Positions 50,309-60,601 of a DNA stretch of 64,000 bases are shown in pieces. This DNA comes from Bacteroidia bacterium. Its GTDB lineage: Bacteria > Bacteroidota > Bacteroidia > NS11-12g > UBA955. The stretch spans positions 614-64,613 of the forward strand of contig JBBAKM010000014.1 in assembly GCA_040403495.1 (NCBI GenBank), given 5' to 3'. Position 1 is the stretch's first letter; each line of letters opens with the position of its first letter. The notes below the pieces were generated by a model, which saw only the letters and a program-made list of their open reading frames with translations, searched no databases and was not told the DNA's origin. The position numbers and the translations under genes were made by a program.

Positions 50309-52783
50309 ATGTTAAATTCAATCATTATATCATCGGGAATAGAATCTACTGAATTTGAGGCTAATACCTACCGGTATGATGTTTCAAATGGGGTAAATTT
50401 TGATATAATTCTTGGTGATTTAAAAAATCAGTTAGGGGATTCTGCTTCAGGTTTTAGTTTATTTTTAACCCAATTGATTGAAGATAAGTTGACACGAGAG
50501 TATAAAATAAAAGGTGAGCAAGAAGTGGCTTTTAATGTTACACCTATTTTAGACCCTTTGACCGGTAACGTGTCGGACTTGTATATTAATTGGCAAACAA
50601 CACAAGTTAAGCAAGAGCTAGTTTCTCAGGAAAAATGGAAAGAAGGCGATGGCTTTAATTCCATGCTTATGCTTAACTTAAAGGGGGAAGTCATTAGCTA
50701 TAAGTCTAATTTTAACATCACTTTTGAGCAATTATTTAAAGACGATCTTTCCAGAGAGCAGTTTTTGGAATGGAGTCATGCCATTGCTAGTCAGAGTTTT
50801 ACAGATGACTTGGTGTTGCCCTACCACAATGACAATTATGCTTACATTGGTTTTTCACTCATCTATAAATCTGTTGAAGATGAGGTTTTGTATGTGAGAG
50901 TTTTCAATAAGAAATACGATTTAAATGACGTTGATTTGGTCACCAATCAAAATTTCAGTAGAATTTTTGACAATATTCCGATGGATGTTATTATGTGGAA
51001 TGATAAACAGGAGTATATTTATATCAATAAAAACGCAATTAAAAACGATGGAATTAGAAATTGGCTAATAGGAAAAACAGACTTAGATTATTGCATATAC
51101 CGAAATAAGCCATTGGATATTGCCTACAACAGAAGAAATGCATTCAATGAGGCTATGTTCACTAAGAAAAGGCAAATCGTTGAAGAAAAATTTGAAGTCG
51201 AAGGGAGTTATAAAATTCATGTTAGAATTATTGATCCAATTTTATCCAAAGAAAACGAAATTCTAAATATTATTGGATATGGAATTGATATATCAGCATT
51301 GCGTAATTCTCAGGATTCTATTAGTCACTTAAATTATACTTTGAACGAGGCAAGGGAAGGCGTTGCGCTTTTAAATCCAAAAGGGGAGTATTATTATTTA
51401 AACCATGCGCATATCTCAATGTTTGGTTTCGAAAGTCAAGATGAGTTGTTAGGGAAAACTTGGCATGTGTTGTATGAACAAGATGAAATAGACCGTTTGA
51501 ATAATGAGATTTTTCCTGTTTTGGCAAAGGAGAAGATTTGGATAGGTGAAACTAGGGCTCTAAACAAACAGGGGGAATATGTCTATCAAGAGGTTACATT
51601 AACCATAGCCCCTAACAATGATATGGTTTGTTTTTGTAGGGATATAAACCAAAGAAAAAGAGAACAAATAGAACTTGAAAAATTAGCAACTGTAGCTAAA
51701 AATACCTCAAACTTGGTATTAATATGTGACAAAAATTATAAAATAGAATTTGTCAATAAGTCTTTTGAAGACATTACAGGTTTTAAATTGTTGGAATGTA
51801 AGGGCAAGGATTTTTATTTCAATTTTAATTTCAATGATGACAATGACAGAATCATTGAAGAAGTAAGAAGTATTGACAAGAACAGCGATTCAAGTTTGAA
51901 CTTCCAAGTGTTACAAAGTACTAAGTATTCTCAAACATTTTGGAGTGAAATTAGTGTAAATCCAATCGTTGGGTACGATGGAGAAATGTCGCATTTAATC
52001 TTTGTGGAGCGTGATATTACGCCTCAAAAACAAGTAGAAAGCTCTATCAAAGAATCTTTGGCAAAGGAAAAAGAGTTGAGTGAAATGAAGTCTCAATTTG
52101 TGAATTTGGCATCACATGAAATAAGAACACCGTTGGCTAGTATTTCATCAAGTGCCGAAATGATAAAATTGTATTTTGAAAACAAAAATGTAGATTCTGC
52201 CAAGGTGCACAATCACTTGAATAAAATTTCAATTCAAATCACTCGTTTGTCAGAATTGCTTTCTAATCTTCTGTTTGTAGGAAAGATGGATGCGGCAAGT
52301 TTGGATTTGAATTTAAAATTAATAGATATTAAATCGTTTATTGCAGAATTAGTCGACGATTATAATGTGAGTATTGATGAGAAAAAACAAAGGTATTTGG
52401 AGTATAGAGTGGTTTCAACTGTCACAGAACCTGTGTTTTTAAATATTGACAAGGTGCTAATTACCCATGCCATTATCAATATCATCAATAATGCATTTAA
52501 GTATTCCGAAGGAAAGCAAAATCCGCTCTTGGTTTTAAAAATAAGTTCCTCAGAAGTAGAGGTTTGTGTGACGGATTATGGAATTGGAATCCCTGTTAAA
52601 GAGCAGAAAAACTTATTTAAATCGTTTTGGAGAGCGAGTAATACAATTAATATTCCGGGTATAGGGTTGGGTTTGGTGTTTGTTAAAAAGATAATTGAAG
52701 TGTCTGGAGGCTATGTATCTATTGACAGTGAGGTTAATAAATTCACAACTATCAAGGTTTGTTTGCCTGTAAAAGACATATAA
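50309..52783 (+). CDS. Cytoplasmic multi-PAS sensor histidine kinase
   Basis: PAS/PAC repeats, H-box ASHEIRTPL, N-box NIINNAFKYS, DYGIGIP, GIGLGL; no obvious TM segment. Confidence 0.92.
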   Translation: MLNSIIISSGIESTEFEANTYRYDVSNGVNFDIILGDLKNQLGDSASGFSLFLTQLIEDKLTREYKIKGEQEVAFNVTPILDPLTGNVSDLYINWQTTQVKQELVSQEKWKEGDGFNSMLMLNLKGEVISYKSNFNITFEQLFKDDLSREQFLEWSHAIASQSFTDDLVLPYHNDNYAYIGFSLIYKSVEDEVLYVRVFNKKYDLNDVDLVTNQNFSRIFDNIPMDVIMWNDKQEYIYINKNAIKNDGIRNWLIGKTDLDYCIYRNKPLDIAYNRRNAFNEAMFTKKRQIVEEKFEVEGSYKIHVRIIDPILSKENEILNIIGYGIDISALRNSQDSISHLNYTLNEAREGVALLNPKGEYYYLNHAHISMFGFESQDELLGKTWHVLYEQDEIDRLNNEIFPVLAKEKIWIGETRALNKQGEYVYQEVTLTIAPNNDMVCFCRDINQRKREQIELEKLATVAKNTSNLVLICDKNYKIEFVNKSFEDITGFKLLECKGKDFYFNFNFNDDNDRIIEEVRSIDKNSDSSLNFQVLQSTKYSQTFWSEISVNPIVGYDGEMSHLIFVERDITPQKQVESSIKESLAKEKELSEMKSQFVNLASHEIRTPLASISSSAEMIKLYFENKNVDSAKVHNHLNKISIQITRLSELLSNLLFVGKMDAASLDLNLKLIDIKSFIAELVDDYNVSIDEKKQRYLEYRVVSTVTEPVFLNIDKVLITHAIINIINNAFKYSEGKQNPLLVLKISSSEVEVCVTDYGIGIPVKEQKNLFKSFWRASNTINIPGIGLGLVFVKKIIEVSGGYVSIDSEVNKFTTIKVCLPVKDI

Positions 52784-52872
52784 TAGTCATAATCAATACT
52801 ATTATTTTAATAATTGATGTTTAAAAATTTGCATTAAATTAATTTAATGATTTACTTTGCAAAAAAAATAAT

Positions 52873-53538
52873 ATGCAAGCCAAATCTGTTCTACTAGTTG
52901 AAGACGAAAAAATTCTAAGAGAAAACATCGCTGAATTCTTAGAAGTGAAAGGTTATGAAGTCGTTCAATGCCAAAACGGGAACGAAGCATTGGGACAATT
53001 ATTGGAACGTGATTTTGATATTATTGTTTCGGATATCGTTATGTCTGATTTAACTGGTACTCAGTTGCTAGAAAAAATCAGAACAATGAAAGTCAATAAA
53101 GAAGCACCATTTATCTTTATTTCAGCCAAAACAGACCCTAAAGATATTAGAGAGTCAATGAATATTGGGGCTGATGACTATTTGCCAAAACCATTTTTGT
53201 TCCACGACTTAGAACGTTCTATACAAAAACGTTTGGAGCGTTTTGCAGAGGTTAAATCAACTTCTCAAAGTGAAGATGGTATGTATAATAAAGTTAATGA
53301 GCTTTCACCTGCAGAGGTTAATGCGCTTTCATTGTTAAATACACTAACTAAAACCCAAAAAATTGTGTTCGAAAAGATATCTAAAGGCATTTCTTCAAAT
53401 GAAATTGCTGAACAATTGGATATTTCGGTAAGAACCGTTTTGAATCACAGACACAATATCGCTAAAAAACTACAATTGCAAGGTACTTATTCAACCATGC
53501 GTTTAGGACTTAAGCTGAAGTCTAATACGATCTCTTAG
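52873..53538 (+). CDS. Response regulator (REC + LuxR-type HTH)
   Basis: LLVEDE, SDIVM, GADDYLPKPF; EIAEQLDISVRTVLNHRHNI. Confidence 0.92.
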   Translation: MQAKSVLLVEDEKILRENIAEFLEVKGYEVVQCQNGNEALGQLLERDFDIIVSDIVMSDLTGTQLLEKIRTMKVNKEAPFIFISAKTDPKDIRESMNIGADDYLPKPFLFHDLERSIQKRLERFAEVKSTSQSEDGMYNKVNELSPAEVNALSLLNTLTKTQKIVFEKISKGISSNEIAEQLDISVRTVLNHRHNIAKKLQLQGTYSTMRLGLKLKSNTIS

Positions 53539-53540
53539 TA

Positions 53541-54152
53541 CTAAAATAAGAGTGTAATATAACAAGTTACAAAACCTGTTACATATCCTACATAAAGTTG
53601 AGAGGGAGTATGAGCGTTAAGAGTTAAACGTGCCCATCCTGTTGCCCCACTTACCAATAACAAACTTACTAAAAATAAGGTGAAAACATTTAGATGGCTG
53701 TTCATCGTTAAGTAAAAATACAAGGCCACTAATCCACCACAACCGATGGCATGTGAACTAATGGTCCATTTGAAATTGACCAAAATATTAATTGCAATAC
53801 ATAGGATTGTGCCAATTAAAAATTGAACGGGAAGTCCTGAAAAGTCATTCTTGTGCAATTGGAAAGCGGTGTAAGACAGCAGTAGCATTATAACAGCATA
53901 CGGAACCATTCGCTGTTTGGCATTTGACAAAATATAATTTGAAATAAGGTTAAATCGTTTTAATAAATACATGCTCAACAAAGGCATTAGCAATGTATTT
54001 ATTGCAATGTAAATGGAAAGTGTGTAAAATTGTTCTTCGTAAAATTTACTGTAGTAATAAGGATGAAATTTCAGAATACTGAACAAACCCAAATTGAGTA
54101 ATATTAATGGATGGGTAACAACGGAAACAAACTTAGCCGTATTTTTTAACAT
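53541..54152 (-). CDS. PAP2-like membrane protein
   Basis: Multi-TM, ISSHAIG, ARLTLNAHTPSQLYVG. Confidence 0.7.
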   Translation of the reverse strand: MLKNTAKFVSVVTHPLILLNLGLFSILKFHPYYYSKFYEEQFYTLSIYIAINTLLMPLLSMYLLKRFNLISNYILSNAKQRMVPYAVIMLLLSYTAFQLHKNDFSGLPVQFLIGTILCIAINILVNFKWTISSHAIGCGGLVALYFYLTMNSHLNVFTLFLVSLLLVSGATGWARLTLNAHTPSQLYVGYVTGFVTCYITLLF

Positions 54153-54159
54153 GGTTGGT

Positions 54160-55176
54160 TTATTTTAGTTGTAATTCAGGCACTTGTCGTGGGGCGTATT
54201 TAGCTGCCACTAAAGCAATTTCTTTGATATGTTCAGGCGTTGTGCCGCAGCAGCCACCTATCATATTAACCCAACCTTCTTTCATAAATTGTTCAACGAT
54301 ATTGGCCATTGCTTTGGGAGATTCATCATACTCGCCAAATTCATTGGGTAATCCTGCATTAGGGTAAGCGGTTGTGTATATCCATGAAACTTTACTTATT
54401 TCACTAATATGCGGCATCATGTCCTTGGCTCCCAATGCACAATTTAAGCCGATACTTAACAAATTGGCATGAGAAAGTGAATTCCAGAAAGCCTCAGGGG
54501 TTTGTCCACTCAATGTTCTACCACTGGCATCGGTTATAGTTCCCGAAACCATAACAGGGATATCCAATTGTCGTTCTTCTTTAATGGTGTTTATGGCAAA
54601 TAAAGCAGCCTTAGCATTCAAAGTGTCAAAGATAGTTTCCACTAATAGCAAGTCAACCCCGCCATCTATTAAAGCATTGATTTGTTCACTGTAAGCTTCG
54701 CACAGGTCGGAAAAAGTAACAGCCCTAAAGCCGGGTTGGTTTACATCAGGACTGAGTGAGGCAGTTCTATTGGTTGGTCCAATGGCACCTGCCACAAATC
54801 TTGGTTTATCAGGATTTTTTAAAGTGTATTCATTGGCGATTTTTTTAGCGATTTTAGCCGCTTCCAAATTTATTTCTCTCACTAAATCTTTCATGTTATA
54901 GTCTGCCATAGAGATAGATTGAGCATTGAATGTATTGGTTTCAATGATGTCTGCGCCCGCCTCTAAAAATTGACCGTGTATTTCAGAAATAATTTGCGCT
55001 TGGGTTAAAACAAGCAAATCATTGTTGCCTTTTACCAATTGTTCAATGTCTTTGAATCGTTCACCACGGTACTGTTCTTCGCTCAAATTGTATTTTTGAA
55101 TCATAGTACCCATAGCCCCATCAATAATCATGATGCGTTTACTTAAGATGTCTTTTATCGTTGTTTCTGTGCTCAT
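54160..55176 (-). CDS. metH: Methionine synthase N-terminal homocysteine-binding module (split MetH)
   Basis: IIDGAMGTMIQ, GADIIETNTF, SGRTLSGQT, GLNCALG, YPNAGLPN, GGCCGTTPEHI; ends before the pterin and B12 domains. Confidence 0.9.
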   Translation of the reverse strand: MSTETTIKDILSKRIMIIDGAMGTMIQKYNLSEEQYRGERFKDIEQLVKGNNDLLVLTQAQIISEIHGQFLEAGADIIETNTFNAQSISMADYNMKDLVREINLEAAKIAKKIANEYTLKNPDKPRFVAGAIGPTNRTASLSPDVNQPGFRAVTFSDLCEAYSEQINALIDGGVDLLLVETIFDTLNAKAALFAINTIKEERQLDIPVMVSGTITDASGRTLSGQTPEAFWNSLSHANLLSIGLNCALGAKDMMPHISEISKVSWIYTTAYPNAGLPNEFGEYDESPKAMANIVEQFMKEGWVNMIGGCCGTTPEHIKEIALVAAKYAPRQVPELQLK

Positions 55177-55194
55177 TGTATTTATTTGTTTGTA

Positions 55195-55239
55195 AAAACC
55201 CCTCTTTCTGTGAATCAAATTGACAAAAAGAGGGGTTTT
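55195..55239 (-). terminator. Hairpin/terminator between lpdA and metH
   Basis: AAAACCCCTCTTT...AAAGAGGGGTTTT. Confidence 0.75.
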
Positions 55240-55276
55240 AGAAAAAGTATTTAACTCAATTGAATGAGTTAGTGTA

Positions 55277-56662
55277 TTATAAGTGAATACATTCGTTGTA
55301 GGCTTGCGCTACAGCTTCCATAATAGCTTCACTCATTGTAGGGTGAGGATGTATAGATTTAATGATTTCATGTCCTGTGGTTTCTAGGTTACGAGCAACA
55401 ACTGCTTCAGCAATCATATCAGTTACGCCTTCACCCACCATGTGACAACCCAACCATTCGCCATATTTAGCGTCAAAAATAACTTTAACAAATCCGTCTT
55501 TATGTCCGCTAGCACTTGCTTTTCCGCTTGCAGAGAATGGGAATTTACCCACTTTAATGTCGTAACCTTTCTCTTTGGCTTGTGCTTCGGTATAACCTAC
55601 AGATGCCACCTCAGGGTGGGTGTAAGTACAACCAGGAATATTATTATAGTTGATAGGGTGTGGATGTAAACCAGCAATAGCTTCAACACAAGTGATGCCT
55701 TCAGCACTTGCTACGTGAGCCAAAGCAGGACCGTGAACGATATCACCAATTGCATAAACACCAGCAACATTGGTTTTGTAGAAATCATCAACCAATACTT
55801 TGCCTTTGTCTGTTTTAACTCCTGCCGCTTCTAATCCCAAGTTTTCCAAATTAGTTACAACACCTGCTGCACTTAATACGATGTCACACTCAATTGTTTT
55901 CATGCCTTCTGGAGTTTTGATGCTTACTTTACAACCTTTTCCTGCAGTGTCCACAGCTTCAACAGAACTGTTAACTAAAATATCAACACCATTCTTTTTG
56001 TATGTTTTTTCCATCGCTTTACTTACCTCTTCGTCTTCAACAGGTAATATACGTGGCATAAATTCAACTACAGTTACTTTGGTACCCATAGTATTATAGA
56101 AATAAGCGAACTCCATTCCTATAGCGCCTGAACCTATAACGACCATTGTTTTAGGTTGTTCAGGTAATACCATTGCTTCTCTGTATCCAATTACTTTTTT
56201 GCCATCTTGTTTGATGTTTGGTAATTCTCTACTTCTAGCACCCGTTGCTAAAATGATATGGTCAGCTTCGTGAATTTCTTTTTTACCGTCTAAATCAACT
56301 TCTACTTTTTTGCTTCCAGCCAATTTGCCGTAACCTTTGATGACAGTGATTTTGTTTTTTTTCATTAAAAACTCAATGCCTTTACTCATGTTGTTAGCAA
56401 CGCCACGGCTTCTTTTTACCACAGCTTCAAAATCATGGTTGAATTCTTTAACGGTGATGCCATAATCAGCACTGTGTTTTAAATACTCATATACTTGAGC
56501 TGATTTTAATAATGCTTTAGTAGGAATACAACCCCAATTTAAGCAAACGCCTCCTAATTCAGCTTTTTCAACTACAGCAACTGTTTTGCCTAATTGTGAT
56601 GCGCGAATGGCAGCTACATAACCGCCTGGCCCGCTTCCTATAACAATGATGTCAAATTTCAT
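55277..56662 (-). CDS. lpdA: Dihydrolipoamide dehydrogenase
   Basis: IGSGPGGY, GGVCLNWGCIPTK, HPHPTMSE. Confidence 0.97.
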   Translation of the reverse strand: MKFDIIVIGSGPGGYVAAIRASQLGKTVAVVEKAELGGVCLNWGCIPTKALLKSAQVYEYLKHSADYGITVKEFNHDFEAVVKRSRGVANNMSKGIEFLMKKNKITVIKGYGKLAGSKKVEVDLDGKKEIHEADHIILATGARSRELPNIKQDGKKVIGYREAMVLPEQPKTMVVIGSGAIGMEFAYFYNTMGTKVTVVEFMPRILPVEDEEVSKAMEKTYKKNGVDILVNSSVEAVDTAGKGCKVSIKTPEGMKTIECDIVLSAAGVVTNLENLGLEAAGVKTDKGKVLVDDFYKTNVAGVYAIGDIVHGPALAHVASAEGITCVEAIAGLHPHPINYNNIPGCTYTHPEVASVGYTEAQAKEKGYDIKVGKFPFSASGKASASGHKDGFVKVIFDAKYGEWLGCHMVGEGVTDMIAEAVVARNLETTGHEIIKSIHPHPTMSEAIMEAVAQAYNECIHL

Positions 56663-56831
56663 GATGTTAAAAATTTATTTGGTGCGAAAATACATCAAAC
56701 CCTTGGTTTTTTAAAATCCAATTTTTGATTTAAATTTTGGGGTCATTTGATAGGTGCAAATTCTGTATTTAAATTAAGAAAACAATTACAATTCCTGTCT
56801 ATTTGAACGCTTTTGAAATGCAAATTTTTAA

Positions 56832-57186
56832 ATGAGGAATGTTAAAAATATAAAATCAGAGCAAGATTTTTAAGAAGTATTGAAAAGACTTGATGGATTT
56901 TTTGATGCATAAAAAATACAACAGAAAGTTATGAATTAGATATTAAGCCTTTTGATAGTGTAATATGAAAATAATCTTTTCCCATTTTGTTTGCCTAAGA
57001 TTCTATAAAAGTTATAAAGTTGAGAATAGATAAAATTGGCTCTTCTCTGAATGATTCAGCTTAAATCAAAGGCTGAAAAAATGACCACAATGATTAATGA
57101 AAAGAAAACTCGCTATAGAAATGATAAGGCAAATACTTAATAGGTTTTAAATTTCAACAGATGTTTTGTTGCGAAATCATGAGTAG
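56832..57186 (+). pseudogene. Decayed HigA-like HTH antitoxin
   Basis: Across stops and frameshifts: MRNVKNIKSEQDF*EVLKRLDGFFDA..ESYELDI..LLIV*YENNLFP..IKVIKLRIDKIG..KRKLAIEMIRQILNRF*ISTDVL. Confidence 0.7.
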
Positions 57187-57252
57187 GAGGTGGCTTTAAA
57201 CATAAATTTTGAATATTATTTTTGTAGCTTTGTTGAAAATTAATCAGAAAAT

Positions 57253-58092
57253 TTGAAAGCCCTTTTATTAATAACATTGTTTGTAATTAGTACTTCATGC
57301 ATTTATGCATGCAGTTGTTCGCAACAAATAGATTTTTCTTTGGAAGAATATTACTACAATGATGAAGTTTTTTTAGGAAAGTGCATTAGTGCAGAAAAAG
57401 ACACAGTTTTTAATCAATTAACAAATTACATCTTTGAGGTTTTGGAATTATATAAAGGGGGAAACAAAACGCAAATTAAAATTCAATCTGCCAATTATGG
57501 AGGAATGTGCGGCATGACATTCATTGCAGGAAATAGGTATTTGATATTTGCCAAAAATGGAAAGACAGGTATGTGTTCGGGTAATTTTGCGTTTGATTCC
57601 GATAGTTTGAATTTTTGGCATAGTGAAGGAAATTTTTTTTTAACTTTAAAAGATACTATGGTTGCTTTTAGTGGGTATGAAATGATGCAAATAATTCAAA
57701 AAACAAATAAAATTAAAATGGAAGTGCTCAGAAGGATAGCCAGCACAACCCATGGTGTTGTCAATTCTTATTTTATCAATGGAGATTTAAATTCATTTAT
57801 TACTATTCAAAATGGGAAACTAAATGGTGGAGCTGAATTCTATCATCAAAATAGGAAATTAATGTTCAAAGGCTACATAGTAAATGGGAAAAAAAATGGT
57901 TTTTGTGAGGAGTATAAATTTTTATCTAAAAAAGATAATTCAGGTGATGTTTATGTTAAGGAATGGGGTGAATATCAAAACGAAACTCGTGTGGGTGTTT
58001 GGCGTTATAAAGTTTTAGATGGCAAATACCAAGAAACGAATGAAAGTATTGGTAAACCTAATAAAGGTGATGAAGGAGAAATTGAATATTGA
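57253..58092 (+). CDS. Exported protein: TIMP/NTR-like CSC N-domain plus MORN/YwqK-like repeats
   Basis: Signal peptide then CSCS..VFLGKC..GMCGMTF..YLIFA; NGKLNG, NGKKNG, GEYQNETRVGVW. Confidence 0.6.
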   Translation: MKALLLITLFVISTSCIYACSCSQQIDFSLEEYYYNDEVFLGKCISAEKDTVFNQLTNYIFEVLELYKGGNKTQIKIQSANYGGMCGMTFIAGNRYLIFAKNGKTGMCSGNFAFDSDSLNFWHSEGNFFLTLKDTMVAFSGYEMMQIIQKTNKIKMEVLRRIASTTHGVVNSYFINGDLNSFITIQNGKLNGGAEFYHQNRKLMFKGYIVNGKKNGFCEEYKFLSKKDNSGDVYVKEWGEYQNETRVGVWRYKVLDGKYQETNESIGKPNKGDEGEIEY

Positions 58093-58107
58093 ATTAAAAA
58101 CTATGAC

Positions 58108-58845
58108 ATGATTAAATACCTTCTTTTTGCATATTGTCTTTTAAATTCATTTCAATCTGCTTTTTCTCAAAGCGTTTTCAAAGTCAATAAAAATAACAAA
58201 GTATATTTTGGGGTGGATAATCAAGTTAATATTATTTCAAAAGACAATCCTGATCAATTAATTGTTTTAGCCAATCAAGATACATTGACTTACATCAACC
58301 AATCATTCTATTATAAGACATTAGATTGTGAATTGAAGCATGTAGTTGTTAAAATCGGTGTAAAAAGAAAAATGAAAAAAATAAAATGGTTAGACAGTGC
58401 TTCTTATAATATTGAATACGTTCCTTATCCACCCATTGCTAGATGTTCTGTTGCGCCCAATGATACTATAGTTCACGCACACCTTAATTTTGGATTGTCT
58501 ATCTTTTTAGATTGTGGTGAAAGCCGAATTCCTTGTTCTCAGTTGTGCCCATATGCTAAAATTTGTGCTTTCGACTTAAAAATATTAAGAAATGATTCTT
58601 TGTTGTATCAAGAAGCACATTTTGATAAAAATGGCTTGTATTATGTAGAAGATTATTTCGTCGATGAAAATAATGATACCATTAGGATACTTGCAGAAAA
58701 TACTAGGTCAATTTCTTGGAATGCATTACATTTTTTAATTCAAAATTCTAAAAAAGGAGATGTGATTTTGTTTGAAAATGTAAAAGCAGTTTTATGTAAA
58801 AAGGACGAGGTTGATGTGAATGGTGTTAGGCTAATTATTGAGTAA
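58108..58845 (+). CDS. Exported protein resembling GldM C-terminal domains
   Basis: NKVYFGVDNQVNI at the start and KKGDVILFENVKA at the end, similar to GldM C-terminal motifs. Confidence 0.5.
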   Translation: MIKYLLFAYCLLNSFQSAFSQSVFKVNKNNKVYFGVDNQVNIISKDNPDQLIVLANQDTLTYINQSFYYKTLDCELKHVVVKIGVKRKMKKIKWLDSASYNIEYVPYPPIARCSVAPNDTIVHAHLNFGLSIFLDCGESRIPCSQLCPYAKICAFDLKILRNDSLLYQEAHFDKNGLYYVEDYFVDENNDTIRILAENTRSISWNALHFLIQNSKKGDVILFENVKAVLCKKDEVDVNGVRLIIE

Positions 58846-58868
58846 TTACTTTTTTAAATATTGATTCC

Positions 58869-60077
58869 CTAACCCAACCCTTCAATTAAAAACTTCTTTA
58901 ATTGAAGGTGTTTGATGCCCTCAAAACTATTGGTTTCCATTTCATCTAAACTTATAACCCATTTAGGAAAATGATCTTTTATCTTTTGAAGATTCCCAAA
59001 TTCTCTTAACATTGTACTTTCATTTTGTATAGTTAATGCCACTTGAATGTAGGTTTTTTCTCCGTCTTTTTCACATACAAAATCAATTTCTTCATTGCCC
59101 ATTACCCCCACATGCACTTTGTATCCCCAAATTAACAGATGATTATAAACGATATTTTCTATGATTTTACCTCTGTCCTCAAGTCTGTATCCCCAAATGC
59201 CATTCCGAATGCCAATGTCCTCAAAATAGTATTTTTCGCCAGTCTCAAAAAGGCGTTTGCCAATAACATCGTAACGGCTAACCTTGTGCACTAAAAAAGC
59301 ATTGATTAAATGATGAATGTAAGTTAAAACCTGACTGACACCCATGTTTACTTTTTGAGATTTTAAATAATCACTGATTTTATTGGCTGAAAAAAGACTC
59401 CCTGTATTGCTTGCTAAAAATAGTATCATTTGTTCTAAAAAACGCACATTTCTAATGGCATAACGATTGATAATGTCTCTGTAAACTATTGATGAATAAA
59501 TGTTTTTGAGATACTCAAAGACAACATCGTCTTGCAATGGCAAATGTTTTAAATAAGGTAATCCTCCATATTTCATGTATTTTTCCAAAGTATTTGAATG
59601 GTCTTTTAAATTGTGAAAATCTATAAACTCATCATAAGACAGACTATAAACGACGGTTTCGATATACCTGCCACTTAAGTAACCAGCAATATCTCCAGAC
59701 AATAAATTGGCATTGCTACCCGTACAATACAAATCCAACTCTTCATCTAAAACCAAAGATCTTAAACCCATTTCAAATCCTTCAATATCTTGAATTTCGT
59801 CAATAAACACATAGGTTTTTCCTTGCTTTTTTGTCATGACATAATCATGTAAATCTTTGCCAGTTTTTATAAAGTCAAAACTCAAATCTTCTTTGTTGAT
59901 ATAACAAATTGTTGCTTGACTATCCTTCGCACGAATGATTTCAATGATTTGAAACAGCAGATAACTTTTGCCAACCCGTCTTTGTCCAGTAAATACTTTA
60001 ATTAAGCTTTTACCAATAAAAGGTTCAACTTTGTTGATATACCTATTTCTATGGTGAATTTGAGACGAAGATTTCAT
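58869..60077 (-). CDS. AAA+ ATPase (AAA_14 + DUF4143 type)
   Basis: GQRRVGKS, FIDEIQ, TGSNA, GGLP, EIDFV..YIQVA. Confidence 0.9.
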   Translation of the reverse strand: MKSSSQIHHRNRYINKVEPFIGKSLIKVFTGQRRVGKSYLLFQIIEIIRAKDSQATICYINKEDLSFDFIKTGKDLHDYVMTKKQGKTYVFIDEIQDIEGFEMGLRSLVLDEELDLYCTGSNANLLSGDIAGYLSGRYIETVVYSLSYDEFIDFHNLKDHSNTLEKYMKYGGLPYLKHLPLQDDVVFEYLKNIYSSIVYRDIINRYAIRNVRFLEQMILFLASNTGSLFSANKISDYLKSQKVNMGVSQVLTYIHHLINAFLVHKVSRYDVIGKRLFETGEKYYFEDIGIRNGIWGYRLEDRGKIIENIVYNHLLIWGYKVHVGVMGNEEIDFVCEKDGEKTYIQVALTIQNESTMLREFGNLQKIKDHFPKWVISLDEMETNSFEGIKHLQLKKFLIEGLG

Positions 60078-60601
60078 ATTTTTTATATTATATATCAAAT
60101 AGAATAGGCAAAAATAATACTTTTATTCAATATGTAATACAAAATTAACTAAAATCGAAAAAGTATATGGTATGTTGTATAAAAACATTCTCTTGTATTA
60201 TTCTCCAAAATCAAAAAAAAGTATGCCATCTTGGATGAAAAGTTGAATGAGTGCGGAATAAGCTCTGTTTGGTGGCAAAAAATCGGCATTATCGTTTGAT
60301 GTTTAAACAATGGCAAGATGATTTTCTTTGTTAAAATTCAGAATTCTTGTTTGTGGTAAATGCCGACTATAATAAATAAAAAGTTCAATAATAAGAAGCT
60401 TGAATTGAATTATAATTTGTTTCGATATTTTTCGGATTTGTTTATACACTCTTTATTAGCTTAAATTTGATTTGGAAATGAATAATTAAATATGGTATAA
60501 AGTATATTTTTTATAACAGTTTGATAATCAAAGATTATATAGTTAATTTTTATAACAAATATTCATTATCTTTGATATTAAAAAAAAAACCATCAGAATA
60601 A

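Noticed and set aside
51680-52030. LOV photosensor domain in the kinase
   Set aside because: The GxNCRFLQ motif is absent.
55177-55276. SAM or cobalamin riboswitch before metH
   Set aside because: Only about 100 nt, mostly a terminator-like hairpin; no aptamer consensus recognised.
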